Shown in pieces: positions 13,245-26,577 of a stretch of DNA of 64,000 nucleotides. The notes beneath the pieces were generated by a model. The model was not told the origin of the DNA and searched no databases. It saw only the letters and a program-made list of their open reading frames with translations. The stretch is from Octopus bimaculoides (taxonomy: Eukaryota). The position numbers were made by a program, and so were the translations under genes. How positions within the stretch are numbered: the stretch's first letter is position 1; each line of letters begins with the position of its first letter. The DNA lies in contig NC_068985.1 in the NCBI RefSeq assembly GCF_001194135.2, positions 113,077,446 through 113,141,445 of the forward strand, written 5' to 3'.

Positions 13245-13680
13245 TAAATGAAAGGATAAAATGAGGAGGAGGAGGAAAGGAGGAGAAGGAGAGGAAGGAG
13301 GAGAGGAGGGGAAGAAGTCGAAGAAGAAGAAGAAGGAGGAGGAGGAGGAGGAGGAAGAGGAGAAGAAGAAGAAGAAGAAGAAGAAGAAGAAGAAGAAGAA
13401 ATAAATGAAAGGATGAAATGAGGAGGAGGAGAAAAGGAGGGGAAGGAGAAGAAGGAGGAGAGGAGGGGAAGAAGTCGAAGAAGAAGAAGAAGAAGAAGAA
13501 GAAGAAGAAGAAGAAAAAGAAGAAGAAGAAGAAATAAATGAAAGGATGAAATGAGGAGGAGGAGGAGGAAAGAAGAAGAAGAAGAAGAAGAACTTAACGA
13601 AAGGATGAAATGAGGAGGCGGAGGAGGAAAGGNNNNNNNNNNGAAGAAGAAGAAGAAGAAGAAGAAGAAGAAGAAGAAAA
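13245..13680. repeat. Polypurine higher-order repeat: four anchors resembling aatgaaaggatgaaatgaggagg interleaved with (GAG)n and (GAA)n
   Basis: Anchor visible at about 13248, 13404, 13537 and 13597. Confidence 0.85.
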
Positions 13681-13950
13681 ACGATGGCGACAGCGTCCAA
13701 ATTATACAGTTGGTAGGGTACGCGAAATAAATCAAAACCAAAAGCAAAAGAACAGACGAGGCAGCTGACAAAAATGAACACGTGACCAGGTTCTGCAATG
13801 ATTCAATAAGTACAAACAAGTTCACTGGCCACACTTGAGATAAGCTGGATAAGGGAAGATTATCAGGACAGAAATAAGTTAAATATTTATGTCATTCAGT
13901 TAATTAAAGGATGCACTGAGTGCAGATGAAAAAAATCTGTCATAACGTGT

Positions 13951-13992
<42 letters not shown>

Positions 13993-14060
13993 NNNNNNNN
14001 NNNNNNNNNNNNNNNNNNNNTGTGTGTGTGTGTTTGTGTGTGTGTGTTTGCGTGTGTGTA

Positions 14061-14093
<33 letters not shown>

Positions 14094-14240
14094 TTGTGTG
14101 TGTGTATACATATATATATGTGTGCGTGTGTGTGTGTGTGTGTGTGTGCATACACATATACACACCATATCAATAGATAGATAGACAGACATCACGCACA
14201 CACACACAAACTACACACTACACACATACTTACACTACAC

Positions 14241-14271
<31 letters not shown>

Positions 14272-15654
14272 CGTATAGTCACACAGTCGTTAACATATAT
14301 AGACGCAATCACACACACATACACGCACACGCACACGCACACATACACGCATACATGTATATATCTAAGACAGTCACACAGTCGCTGACATGCGTATACA
14401 CAGACATANNNNNNNNNNNNNNNNNNNNNNNNNNNNNNNNNNNNNNNNNNNNNNNNNNNNNNNNNNNNNNNNNNNNNNNNNNNNNNNNNNNNNNNNNNNN
14501 NNNNNNNNNNNNNNNNNNNNNNNNNNNNNNNNNNNNNNNNNNNNNNNNNNNNNNNNNNNNNNNNNNNNNNNNNNNNNNNNNNNNNNNNNNNNNNNNNNNN
14601 NNNNNNNNNNNNNNNNNNNNNNNNNNNNNNNNNNNNNNNNNNNNNNNNNNNNNNNNNNNNNNNNNNNNNNNNNNNNNNNNNNNNNNNNNNNNNNNNNNNN
14701 NNNNNNNNNNNNNNNNNNNNNNNNNNNNNNNNNNNNNNNNNNNNNNNNNNNNNNNNNNNNNNNNNNNNNNNNNNNNNNNNNNNNNNNNNNNNNNNNNNNN
14801 NNNNNNNNNNNNNNNNNNNNNNNNNNNNNNNNNNNNNNNNNNNNNNNNNNNNNNNNNNNNNNNNNNNNNNNNNNNNNNNNNNNNNNNNNNNNNNNNNNNN
14901 NNNNNNNNNNNNNNNTACACACACTCACAGACATACACACATACACAAATATATACAAACAGCCAAATACAATCATAGATACACACACACACAGAAAGAC
15001 AGATAAACACACACACACACACACAGATACACACACACACAAATACACACACACACACAGATACACACACACACACAGATACACACAGATACACACACAC
15101 ATACGTACACATACGCACGCAGTCACATACATTCAAAGCCATACACACACATGCCCTCACGTAACTTTTTGAGATTTGATATTCATGTCACTAAGTTAAT
15201 CCTTGGTGATCTCGCTCCTCGCGCCAAGAGTTTAGCACAATTCCCCCGTTGCTAAACGCACCGATGATAAAACGGTTAAGCATTTCTTCTTCAGTCAAAT
15301 TGTTGTCTGCAATGTTTCCACCTCTCTCTTTGATATTAGTCACACATTGGCAATCTAAAGTCATTCCATTTATTGCGAAGACGATGGGAATGTTATAAAG
15401 AAATGTTCAGAATATTTTTCTCTTTGGTTTCCCGGATCTAGCTCTGTTCTTATTCTAATATAATGGAAGTTTACAAGTTGAACACACAGAAGTTATGTTA
15501 ACGCTCCAATCTAACGGAAATTTGTTTAATGATTTGGAAAGTCCGTCTAATAATGGAAGCCACTCGTCTCCCAATGAATAGATGAAACAACTTGTGAGAT
15601 ATGTTATTGATTTCTAGTTTAGACACAAGGTTATAGATCTGGGATTAATTGGTT

Positions 15655-15925
15655 ACTTAGTTCTCTTCGTACCACGAGGCACATAAGGCCGCAACACGAT
15701 CTCTCCAACCAGTTCTGTTTCCTGCCCCTGTTCGGGTCTCATTCGACCTTTTCCACCTTTCTCGTCTCATTTCCATGTCAATGGTCCTTTGCTATGTGGT
15801 TTTAGGGCTCCCTGCTGCTCTTTTTCTGTTCAGGTTACCCCTTTAGTGCCACCATACAATCGCTTTATCGACCTTGTGTGGGGACGTGCCCGATCTAGTT
15901 CCAGCGTCTGCGTCAATCTTGTGAA
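15655..15925 (-). mobile_element. RTE-clade LINE 3' end, decayed
   Basis: Minus-strand translation with frameshifts: RRWN*IGHV...SDCMVAL...KRAAGSPKTT*QRTIDMEMRREG...WRDRVAALCASW, typical of RTE ORF2 C-termini. Confidence 0.75.
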
Positions 15926-16607
15926 GAAGTATGAAGAAGATTTGGCATTGGAGGAGGGAATTGTCAATTATATCGATCCTAGTATATGACTGGTAATTGT
16001 TTTAGTAACATCTGAGCAACGAAGGCAAATTCGAAGACGGCGAGATTTTGAACTTGAAATGCATAAATTCTTCCACATAATACTATGAAATGTTTTAACC
16101 ATTATGAAGCCGCATGGCCTAGTGGTTAAGGTGTTGCACTCACGTTCGCAAGGTCGTGATTTCAAACCTTGGACTGGGTGGTGAATTATGTTCTTGAGAA
16201 AAACACTTCATTTCACGTTGCTCCACTCAAATGTAAATGAGTAACCCTATGGTCTTGCATCTCATTCTAGAGGAATGTTGTGACCTCAGCCACTCATACG
16301 CCATGGAAACCTGTTAACCAGCCCTATGAATCTTAGGGCTCAAGAACGTAATAATCAGGGGTTTATGGGGATGATAATGGAATACATCCAGAGTTGCCTT
16401 CATCTCTGCGTTAAGTCCTTAATTTCTACATTGCTCTTATTACTAAGTCTCTTACTGTCGTACTTTTAATTAGTGTTTGAAACCAAGCGTTGGGAAATGC
16501 TACTTAATGTTATAAATAGTCATTCTGTTTAGGAACTAAGTCACTCTTTTTCTGTCTCCAGTCTGCCACCATTCGGAACCGTTTTTATAAAAATGTTCGT
16601 GAAGGCG

Positions 16608-16925
16608 CGTGGCTTAGTGGTTCGGGCATCCGTCTCACGGCCGTAAAGTTGTAATTTCGATTCCTGGCGGTGCGCGTTGTTTCTTTGACCAAGATACTTT
16701 ATTTCACGTTGCTCCAGTCCTCTCAGCAGGCAAAAATTAGTTGTACCTGTAATCCAAAGGGCCAGTCTTGTCACACTCTGTGATGCTGAATCTCCCCAAG
16801 AACCATGTTAAAGGTATTCATGTCTGCGGAGTACTCAGCTACTTGCACGTTAATTTCAAGAGCAGGCTGTTCCCGTTGAATGGATCAACTGGAACCCTCG
16901 TCGTCGTAACCGACGGAGTGCCAAC
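16608..16925 (+). mobile_element. SINE C-related copy
   Basis: tRNA-like head ggcgcgtggcttagtggttcgg...; shares cctgtaatccaaagggccagtcttgtcacact and the ...cgtaaccgacggagtgccaac tail with 8449-8827. Confidence 0.8.
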
Positions 16926-17927
16926 GATGTTCTAATCAAACCAGTGAGATAGTGGTGTCCAGAGGTTGACTATGATGACAAAGCCATCAGTTCACGACCG
17001 TAATTACTAAAAAGAAAAAAACAAACAGAATACCTTAACTCCTGTTATGAACAGGCAAGAAATTTAGAATATGTTACTAATCAATGAGGAATAGACACAA
17101 CATCGTTTTCATAATCCTGCGTCTATCATAAAAATGCTTAATAATAAACATGACTAAAAGTCGTTGCATTCAAGCTATAAGGTTACCAAGTGTGTTGAAA
17201 TCTAATCGTTATCTTTTAATTTTTGCTTGTTTTAGTCATTGGATTACAGCCATGCTGGAGCACTGTGTTGCAGGGTTCAATGAAACAAATCGATCTCAGT
17301 GTCTATAGTTAAGTTTGTGTGTGTGTGCGCGCGTGTGCGTGCGTGTTAGTTGAAAAAGCTGAAGCCAAACAGGGAAAAGAATATCCATCTGTTATCTATG
17401 TGTATACATGTGTATATATNNNNNNNNNNNNNNNNNNNNNNNNNNNNNNNNNNNNNNNNNNNNNNNNNNNNNNNNNNNNNNNNNNNNNNNNNNNNNNNNN
17501 NNNNNNNNNNNNNNNNNNNNNNNNNNNNNNNNNNNNNNNNNNNNNNNNNNNNNNNNNNNNNNNNNNNNNNNNNNNNNNNNNNNNNNNNNNNNNNNNNNNN
17601 NNNNNNNNNNNNNNNNNNNNNNNNNNNNNNNNNNNNNNNNNNNNNNNNNNNNNNNNNNNNNNNNNNNNNNNNNNNNNNNNNNNNNNNNNNNNNNNNNNNN
17701 NNNNNNNNNNNNNNNNNNNNNNNNNNNNNNNNNNNNNNNNNNNNNNNNNNNNNNNNNNNNNNNNNNNNNNNNNNNNNNNNNNNNNNNNNNNNNNNNNNNN
17801 NNNNNNNNNNNNNNNNNNNNNNNNNNNNNNNNNNNNNNNNNNNNNNNNNNNNNNNNNNNNNNNNNNNNNNNNNNNNNNNNNNNNNNNNNNNNNNNNNNNN
17901 NNNNNNNNNNNNNNNNNNNNNNNNNNN

Positions 17928-17966
<39 letters not shown>

Positions 17967-18541
17967 GATAAAGGATTATATTGAAAGATTAGAGATATTG
18001 AACGAAACAAGAAAAAATGTTACAAATCTTTACAATTCTTTGATTAAATTTGCGTAAAGAAGAAATATTAGGTGCAAAGATTATTGTCATTACTGTTATT
18101 GATGCTGTTGTCGTTCCTGCTGTCTTTTAGTCACCTGTCTTATTGAATTAGATCTTTGGTAAAATGCGCTTCATTCTTCACCATTCATATATTATTTTAG
18201 GCACAGCGTATCCGTATATAATAACTATCCAATATACTTGTAGAATACAAGTTGAGAAATATTCAACGATATATCTTGGACTAAATATTTCTCTTTTGAA
18301 AAGACTGAAGTGCGAGTTAAGAGACACACGATGTCTCTACGACTACATTATGTAACATCTTTTGGAGCGAAAGACTATATAATTTATGGAACATTTGGCT
18401 GCTATTTCAAGCATATCGAGTGACTATGTAGAGGCTGTCTCACATGTAAAAGGATTTAGCTGTATAACCCATTGGTTCGTAAAATTCAATTGATTCTATA
18501 TGAATATAAAGATGATTGATATGTAATATCATTAGAGCTAT

Positions 18542-18624
<83 letters not shown>

Positions 18625-19222
18625 GATAGATAGATAGATAGATATATTCTAAATTTCTCATGAGTCATACTATTTAGTTGCTATTTCAACAGCTTCAACT
18701 TTAGCATTAATAATGAATAGAGTTATAATAACTAGAACTACTAAACATTCTTCAGAATTTGGAAAAAAAAAGTGAGTTATGTCTATGTGAAAGAACGCAG
18801 AGATCTTGGATTTTGTGAGTCAGTTAAATGCGTTATTTCTTCAAGGGCTTGATACGATGCCAATATTTTGACAATGTGTTCAGTTTGTATTCCTGCTGAT
18901 TTTTCATTTTTACTATTAAAATATGAAGAAAACATTGACACATCGAATTTCCCTTGCTGAATGGAATACTTCGGAATAATTTAGCTGTATAGCATTTTGA
19001 TATTTGTTTCCTGGCTCGGTTGAAATCTTACCGATTCCTCGTGAATTACTGCACACTTTGGTGGCATTGTTGTGTAATATATTTCATCAGTGCAGTCGTT
19101 ACACAATGAGCACATCAATTCTATATTCTGACTCAAGTTTTACAGGTTTGGCTTGGATTAGTCATCTGTAGTAGAAACCATATGCTTGAAACATTTAGAA
19201 TCCACAGTATTATTACCTGTTC

Positions 19223-19990
19223 TTAAGGTGGCGAGCTGGCAGAATCGTTAGCACGCCTGGCGAAATGCTTAGCGGTATTTCGTCTGCCGTTACGTTCTGA
19301 AAATTTTGGTGGGAAGGAGGCTAGTCGATTACATCGACTCCAGTGCGTAACTGGTACTTATAGGCAAAGTCGACCTCGGCGGAATTTGACATACGAACGT
19401 AGCGGCAGATAAAATACCGCTAAGCATTTTGCCCGACGCGCTAACGATTCTGCTAACTCACCGCCTTAACAGTGGTTTGTAATAATCCTTTCTATTATAG
19501 GCACAAGGCCCGAAATTTAGGGAAGGAATATAGTCGATTACATCAACCCCCGAACTCAACTGGTACTTAATTTATCGACCCCGAAAGGATGAGATGAAAG
19601 GCAAAGTTGACATCGGTGGAATTTGAACTCGGAACGTAAAGAGCCAGAAGAAATACCGCAAAGTATTTCGTCTAACGTGCTAACGATTCTACCAGCTCAC
19701 CGCCTTAATTCCAGCGACTAGTGTATGGCATGTACTTTATTTTATCGTTCACGACATGATGAAAGGCTAAATCTACATCGGCGGAATTTGAACGCAGAAC
19801 GTAGCGACGGGCGAAATACGGCAAAGTATTTCGTCCAACGTGCTAACGATTCTACCAGTTCGCCACCTTAATTCCAGCGACTAGTGTATGGCATGTACTT
19901 TATTTTATCGTTCACGACATGATGAAAGGCTAAGTCTACATCGGTGGAATTTGAACTCGGAACGTAAAGAGCCAGAAGAAATGCCAGTTC
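19223..19990. mobile_element. SINE A cluster: inverted head pair, further minus-strand copies and a roughly 165-bp tandem duplication
   Basis: Plus-strand head at 19223-19300; minus-strand copies at 19305-19469 and 19490-19705; ttaattccagcgactagtgtatggcatgtactttattttatcgttcacgacatgatgaaaggctaa occurs twice. Confidence 0.9.
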
Positions 19991-20119
19991 ACTACCTTAG
20001 TGGTTTGTAATAATGTGAGTGAATCACCACGTATACCTGTTACTTACGACTTGCTTCAGTCATTGGACTCTGGCCATGCTGGGACATCCCAGTACATATA
20101 TATATATATATATATATAT

Positions 20120-20362
20120 ATGCGCCCTTTTAAAGCCTAGCCAGGCTCATGGGCTCGGTTTCCCGGTTTCAATGGAGTATGTGTTCCCCAGCTGGACGGG
20201 ACGCCAGTCCATCGCAGCGTTACTCACTTTTGCCAGCTGAGTGGACTGGAGCAATGTGAAATGAAGTGTTTTGCTCAAGAACACAACGCGTCGCCCGGTC
20301 CAGGAATCGAAACCACAATCTTACGATCATGACACCCCTAACCACTAAGCCACGCGCCTCCA
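20120..20362 (-). mobile_element. tRNA-headed SINE with a V-domain-like core
   Basis: Minus strand: ggaggcgcgtggcttagtggttagggg...ggtttcgattcctgg head and gctgcgatggactggcgtcccgtccagc, resembling the V-SINE central domain as I recall it. Confidence 0.6.
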
Positions 20363-21317
20363 CCCAGTACATATACGAGTATTATAAATTTTATTTTTAC
20401 TATGAGAATTTATTGATCTGCCTTACGAGTTTTCGCTTTACGAGCGGTCTCCGGGAAGAAATTAATTCGTATATGGCGGTATTACTGCACTTATTTCTAA
20501 GTCTAGTATTTATTCTATCGGTCTTTTGCGCTGAACCACTAGGTTACGTGAATGTAAACGCACCAACACCTGGTGTCAAGCAGTAGTAGGCAATAAACAC
20601 AAAGATATACACAAACATATCGGTGCCTTAGCATGGCCGCAGCCTCAAAGTTGAAACATAAAAGAATAAGATGATATATTTGTACGCCGTACACACATTT
20701 TTCGTCTACTAATTTTAGTCATGGCATGTGCGTATGTATGTGTGTGCGTGTGTGTATGTGTGTATGCGTGTGTGTGTGTGTATTCTGTGCATGTGTTGTG
20801 TGTGTGTGTGTGTGCAAGTGCGCGTGCAAGTATACCTTCCTTCATCCAATGTGTGCTAGTCTTTTCACTTTTTATATGTATGTATGTATGTATGTATATA
20901 ACAGTAAAATTAACAGACTATATTATAAGCATGCCAAAGGGAGAGGAAAAAAACAATAGTTGACTGTTACGAACCATTAATTTTCATAATATAAATTCGT
21001 AATACAGTAAAAGAAAAAAAAATGTGGATTAAATTACATTGCATTATGTAAACAAGTTTTAAGAAATCATAGATGATTGCTATATATCATTGCGAGATTA
21101 CATTACGAAAAGCATTTTAAATAGCGCTTTAATTACAACTCTAGGATACAACATGGCTTTTGAAAAGGTGTTTTTATGTATATATATTTACTGTGGAATT
21201 TGGGATGCAATGTTGAATATTTGCAATAAATTAATGCAGATGTGTATCTAAATATATATTGCAGGTTTTCTTTGAAAGAAATGTTATTGCGAAATAACAC
21301 ACACCTACACACGCATT

Positions 21318-21378
<61 letters not shown>

Positions 21379-21838
21379 TTGACGAATTGAGATGTGTCTA
21401 CCAAGGTGATGAGCTACATTCTCTATCTCTTCTGCCTGTGTGTACACACACACAAACACACACATGCATACAAGTAAATATATATATATATATATTGTTA
21501 CTATTATGCTAAACTGTCGTATGTCCAAATTTGGCCAATTGCGCTTTTTTTTTTCAATATTCATTTTTACTTGCAATAGCAGGTTCTTTTGGTCAAACTA
21601 TCAGATGCCAAGATATCAAAAATTGTGAAACTGTAGTAGAATGGTTTTGCTATGGAATGATGAAACAATTTTTCGTTTTCTGAAAATAGCAACGTTTTGG
21701 ACTTACGACGCTTTTGCATAATAGCAACGACATATATCTATATATGTATATACATCTTCTTTTACTTTTTTCAGTCATCGGACTGTGACCATGCTAGAGC
21801 ATTGCCTTGAAGGGTTTCGTCGAACAAATCGAACTTAG

Positions 21839-23090
21839 TGTAGGGCACCGCCCAAGAGTTTATGACAGAGGAATTGTAGACAGGAATTTCGCTGTGGGCT
21901 AGCTAGGGAACTGGTCTGCGGCGAAGTTGACTTCCGGTTAAGGGGCTTCTACGAAGGAGGAGTTGACTGGCGGCTGTCGCCTTCATGTGTTCAACTATAT
22001 AAATCTTTCACTAACACATTCTGGGTCTCCGTTAATTTTTGTGTGTCTAGCTTAACTAAAGTTATAACTGGGGACCCTACGGAAGAACTACAGCTTTCGC
22101 TTCGCACATCGAAGTAAACAACAGAAAATCAAAAGAAACAAATACAAGCGATCACATAGCAACACTGAAGCTACCACAATTCTGACCCAAGAGGGCTGAG
22201 TTATGGTTCGCGCAGACGGAAACGCAATTTAACATATTCAAAATAACTTCAGACCTAACGAAATATGTAGTAGCGGCAACTATGCACCACCACTGGCCAG
22301 TTTCATCCATGTCAACATTGACCTTGTCGGCCCTCTACCACCTTCATAGGGTTGCTCGTACCCACTGACCTTGGTAGACCGCTACACTCGTTGGCCTGAG
22401 GTTATCCCTCTCCGCAGTACGGAAACGCAAGAAGTCAGCCGAGCCTTCGTCAAAAACTGGGTTGCCCGTTTCGGTGTCCCAGTCAGCATCTCATCCGATC
22501 GGGGTCCACAATTCACTTCAAAGCTGTGGAATGACATGTGTGACCTTTTCGGAATCACGATGAACCGCACAACAGCCTATCACCCACAGGCCAACGGATT
22601 AGTGGAGAGATTTCACCGCCACCTGAAGGAATCCCTGACAACCAGAGTTAACTGGCTCAATTGGGTTGATCAACTTCCATGGGTGATGCTGGGAATCCGC
22701 ACTACCCCAAAGGAAAATCTCAACACTTTTTCCACGGAAATGGTGTATGTTTCTCCTCTTACAGTGGCAGGAAAGTTCCTTCCGAACACGAAGTCAGACC
22801 CAGATGTCAAAAGGTACCTCACGCAACTGAGGGACAGTGTGGGCCCTATTCCCATGTCAACACCTGGTACACATAGATCATCCGTACCAAATGACCTCCG
22901 CACGGCTAACTTCGCGTTTGTTCGATGACACACACGACGAAAACCCCTCTAGTCACGCTACGATGGTCCATAGGAAATCTTATGTGCAAAAGACAAACCA
23001 TTCCTACTCCTAACTGGCGGACGACAAGACAGTTTCCATCGATAGATTGAAACTGGCCCATCTCGATAGATATTGATAGCCGCGTCCAAG
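21839..23090 (+). mobile_element. Internally deleted Gypsy LTR retrotransposon (CsRn1-like): 5' LTR, PBS, gag N-terminus, integrase
   Basis: LTR-like 21839-22068 starting TG and containing TATATAAA; PBS-like tggggaccctacgg at 22069 (similar to the tRNA-Trp complement TGGTGACCCCGACG); gag LKLPQF*PKRAELWFAQTETQFNIFKITSDLTKYVVAA at 22165-22280; integrase immediately follows. Confidence 0.85.
22297..23065 (+). pseudogene. Gypsy integrase (rve core) pseudogene
   Basis: FIHVNIDLVGPLPPS*...VDRYTRWPEVIPL...SDRGPQFTS...TTAYHPQANGLVERFHRHLK: D,D(35)E integrase motifs with in-frame stops. Confidence 0.92.
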
Positions 23091-24084
23091 TAACTATATA
23101 TATATGTATGTATATATTGCCTATACTTGTTTGTATATGTATGTAGGCATATACCAACGTTTGTATGTTTAGTGTATGTATAGGTTTTTTGGTACTTGTA
23201 TGTATAAGTAAATGTATATGTACTTTTTATGATGTTAGGTTTTTGTAAGGGAATATTTTTAATATAAACAGACATAAATTTTAATTTATTTTACCATTAA
23301 TTAATTTACCCTGGGTATAGAGGTCTTTTTTTTTCCTTCTATTAATGCTAATTTTTGATTTAAGATTTTCTTCGATTTTAAATTATATGATTTTAAATCA
23401 TAATTTTAATTTCATATAACCAGTTATTGAAAAGACCGTGAGTTGAAAGGTCCGATGAATCAAAACCAATTTCAAATGTGTATCTATCAATGTATTGTAT
23501 ATTTATACCTATAACTTTATTTTTTTGTTCCATTCTCAACCAAGTGTCCGACGAACCGGAACGTAAAACTCTGAGTAACAGTTTTTGTGATGTCTTTNNN
23601 NNNNNNNNNNNNNNNNNNNNNNNNNNNNNNNNNNNNNNNNNNNNNNNNNNNNNNNNNNNNNNNNNNNNNNNNNNNNNNNNNNNNNNNNNNNNNNNNNNNN
23701 NNNNNNNNNNNNNNNNNNNNNNNNNNNNNNNNNNNNNNNNNNNNNNNNNNNNNNNNNNNNNNNNNNNNNNNNNNNNNNNNNNNNNNNNNNNNNNNNNNNN
23801 NNNNNNNNNNNNNNNNNTGTGTGTGTGTGTGTGTTTGTGTTTGTGTTTTCGCCACCGCTTGGAAACTGGTGTGTGTTTACGCTCCCGTTGTTTAGCGGTT
23901 TGGCAAAAGTATACCGATAAAATAAGCACTGGAGTCGATTTGTTCGATTAAATCCTTGACGATTGTACCCCCAACATGACCGCAATCCAATGACTGGAAC
24001 AAGTGATAGCTAAAAGAAACACACACTCACACTCTCACATATGAAAATTTACGAAGAATAAATCTATATATCAGAAAGTACTAA

Positions 24085-24482
24085 TAATCCTTTCTACTAT
24101 AGGCACAAGGCCTGGAATTTGTTGGGAGGAGACTAGCCGATTACATTGACCCCAGTGCTCAACTGGTACTTATTTTGTCGACTCCGAAAGATGAAGTCGA
24201 CCCCTGATGCAATTTGAACTTAAAACATGAAGGCAGAAGAAATACCGCTAAGCATTTCGCTCGGTGTGCTAACAGTTGTTTGTTCCTTTATTGCCCACAA
24301 GGGGCTAAACATAGAGGGGACAAACAAGGACAGACAAAGGGATTAAGTAGATTACATCGACCCCAGTGCGTAACTGGTACTTTATTTATCCATTCCGATA
24401 GGATGAAAGGCAAAGTCGACCTCGGAAGAATTTGAACTCAGAACGTAACGCGAGCTAACAGTTCTGCCAGCTCGCCGCCTTA
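24085..24482 (-). mobile_element. Two concatenated or nested SINE A copies (tail types 1 and 2)
   Basis: Tail 1 at about 24085-24135, tail 2 (attgcccacaaggggctaaacatagagggg) at about 24288, head ending gccagctcgccgccttaa at about 24482. Confidence 0.85.
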
Positions 24483-25320
24483 AAGGAAGTACTAATGATA
24501 AATATATAGAACCGGCGGAACAAAAATAAGAAGTAAAAAATTATTCCCACGTCATCGTATTCTCACCATCGACGTCGTCATCATCATTTCTGGATTATCA
24601 CGGTTTCACCGTTACCACACGCGAGACCTAATCGCATGGCTCTGTGGCGTCAAGAGATATTAGATACAGTTACGGAATTGATATAAAGAGGAAAGGAGAA
24701 ACAATTGACATATTGTGTATGTGGGCATGTATGGATGTATGTATGTATGTATGTATGTATGTATGTATATATGTATGTATGTATGCATGTATGTATGTAC
24801 GTACGTACGTACGTATGTATGTATGTATGTATGTTTGTATGTATGTATGTATGTATGTGAGCATGTGTTGGTATGTGTCTGCATATNNNNNNNNNNNNNN
24901 NNNNNNNNNNNNNNNNNNNNNNNNNNNNNNNNNNNNNNNNNNNNNNNNNNNNNNNNNNNNNNNNNNNNNNNNNNNNNNNNNNNNNNNNNNNNNNNNNNNN
25001 NNNNNNNNNNNNNNNNNNNNNNNNNNNNNNNNNNNNNNNNNNNNNNNNNNNNNNNNNNNNNNNNNNNNNNNNNNNNNNNNNNNNNNNNNNNNNNNNNNNN
25101 NNNNNNNNNNNNNNNNNNNNNNNNNNNNNNNNNNNNNNNNNNNNNNNNNNNNNNNNNNNNNNNNNNNNNNNNNNNNNNNNNNNNNNNNNNNNNNNNNNNN
25201 NNNNNNNNNNNNNNNNNNNNNNNNNNNNNNNNNNNNNNNNNNNNNNNNNNNNNNNNNNNNNNNNNNNNNNNNNNNNNNNNNNNNNNNNNNNNNNNNNNNN
25301 NNNNNNNNNNNNNNNNNNNN

Positions 25321-25510
25321 TTCAAGAGTATTTAGTGGAATGTATCGATCCCAGTTGGTGTTTTTTTTTAAAGCCTGGTACTTATTCTATTTCCCTTTTG
25401 TCAACCGGTAAGTTGCGGGGTTGTAAACACACCAGCACCGGTTGTCAAACAGTGGTGAGATACAAACACAGACACAAAGACACGCACGCACAACACACAC
25501 ACACACACAC

Positions 25511-25551
<41 letters not shown>

Positions 25552-25725
25552 CACACGCACGCATAAACGACGAGCTTCTTTCAGTTTCCGTCTACTATAT
25601 CCATTAACAAGGCTTCGTTCGGCCCGTTTTATAGTAGAGGACACTTGTGCAAGGTACCAAGCTGCGAGACTGAACCCCGAACCATGTGTTTCGGAAGACA
25701 GCTTCTTGCTACGCCACCACGCCTG
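25321..25725 (-). mobile_element. SINE B with internal (CA)n
   Basis: Both halves present: cttattctatt...gttgtcaaacagtggtg and cgagcttctttcagtttccgtctac...gactgaaccccgaaccatgtg. Confidence 0.8.
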
Positions 25726-26577
25726 CGCCTATTTATGTATGTGTGTATCTATGTATACGCACACACAAACATGCAGACAGAAGGAGGGAGACAGAGTTGA
25801 GTGACAGTGACTGGCACAGATAAAACTCAAGGACAGAAAGAAAAATGTGCAGTAAAGTCTTAGTGGACAAATAAAAGCATTTGTTTTTGAGATAAAATAA
25901 AATTAAACACTGCAAGATAATAGTGCAACAAGAACGATGCTAAAAGGGCAAGAGAGAAAGAATAAAGTGCTCGGGCGAAATACGAAAGCAAACAACAGAC
26001 AGACGAGAAATTTTATTGGCTAAGAGAATCGCTGGAAAAAAGATGAGAGATCGGAGTGGAAACTGGAAGTTGCATATTGAGAACGGAAAAAAGAAGAGTA
26101 ATGAGGAAAGGAATGAAAGAAGAAAATTGAAAGTGAAAGAGGAGAGAGAGTGAAAGTAAGGTGAGAGAAAAGGGAAAGAAAAAGAAAGAAAGAAAGAAGT
26201 GAGAGAGAGCGACAAATACAGAGAAATGGAGAATGGTGGGAAATTTGCATACAGCAACGGTACGTAAGAGAATACGACTGTGTGCGCGAAGGTCGTAAGT
26301 GGAAGGAATAAAACGCGTATGACGAAATGTGTAACAGATGGAGCAAACGGAATGAATACACGAAACATTTCACTCTTCAGCTTTCGATGTACGAAACAGA
26401 ATAGCATAACTTTAGTGCCATCAACAGCCATGGGTTACAGTTGTTAGGGAATACAGGGATTAGAGACGAGAGACAAAAGACAAAATATGTATTTAATCTA
26501 AGCGACTGAGGCATAGAAACCACAACTTTAGTTAAAACATAGCGATGCGCCGGATAGAAAGAGAATTATACATATGC

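Noticed and set aside
18780-19130. About 120-codon minus-strand frame with one internal stop and a GTAAGA donor
   Set aside because: No usable in-frame acceptor and no recognisable motif; compatible with chance.
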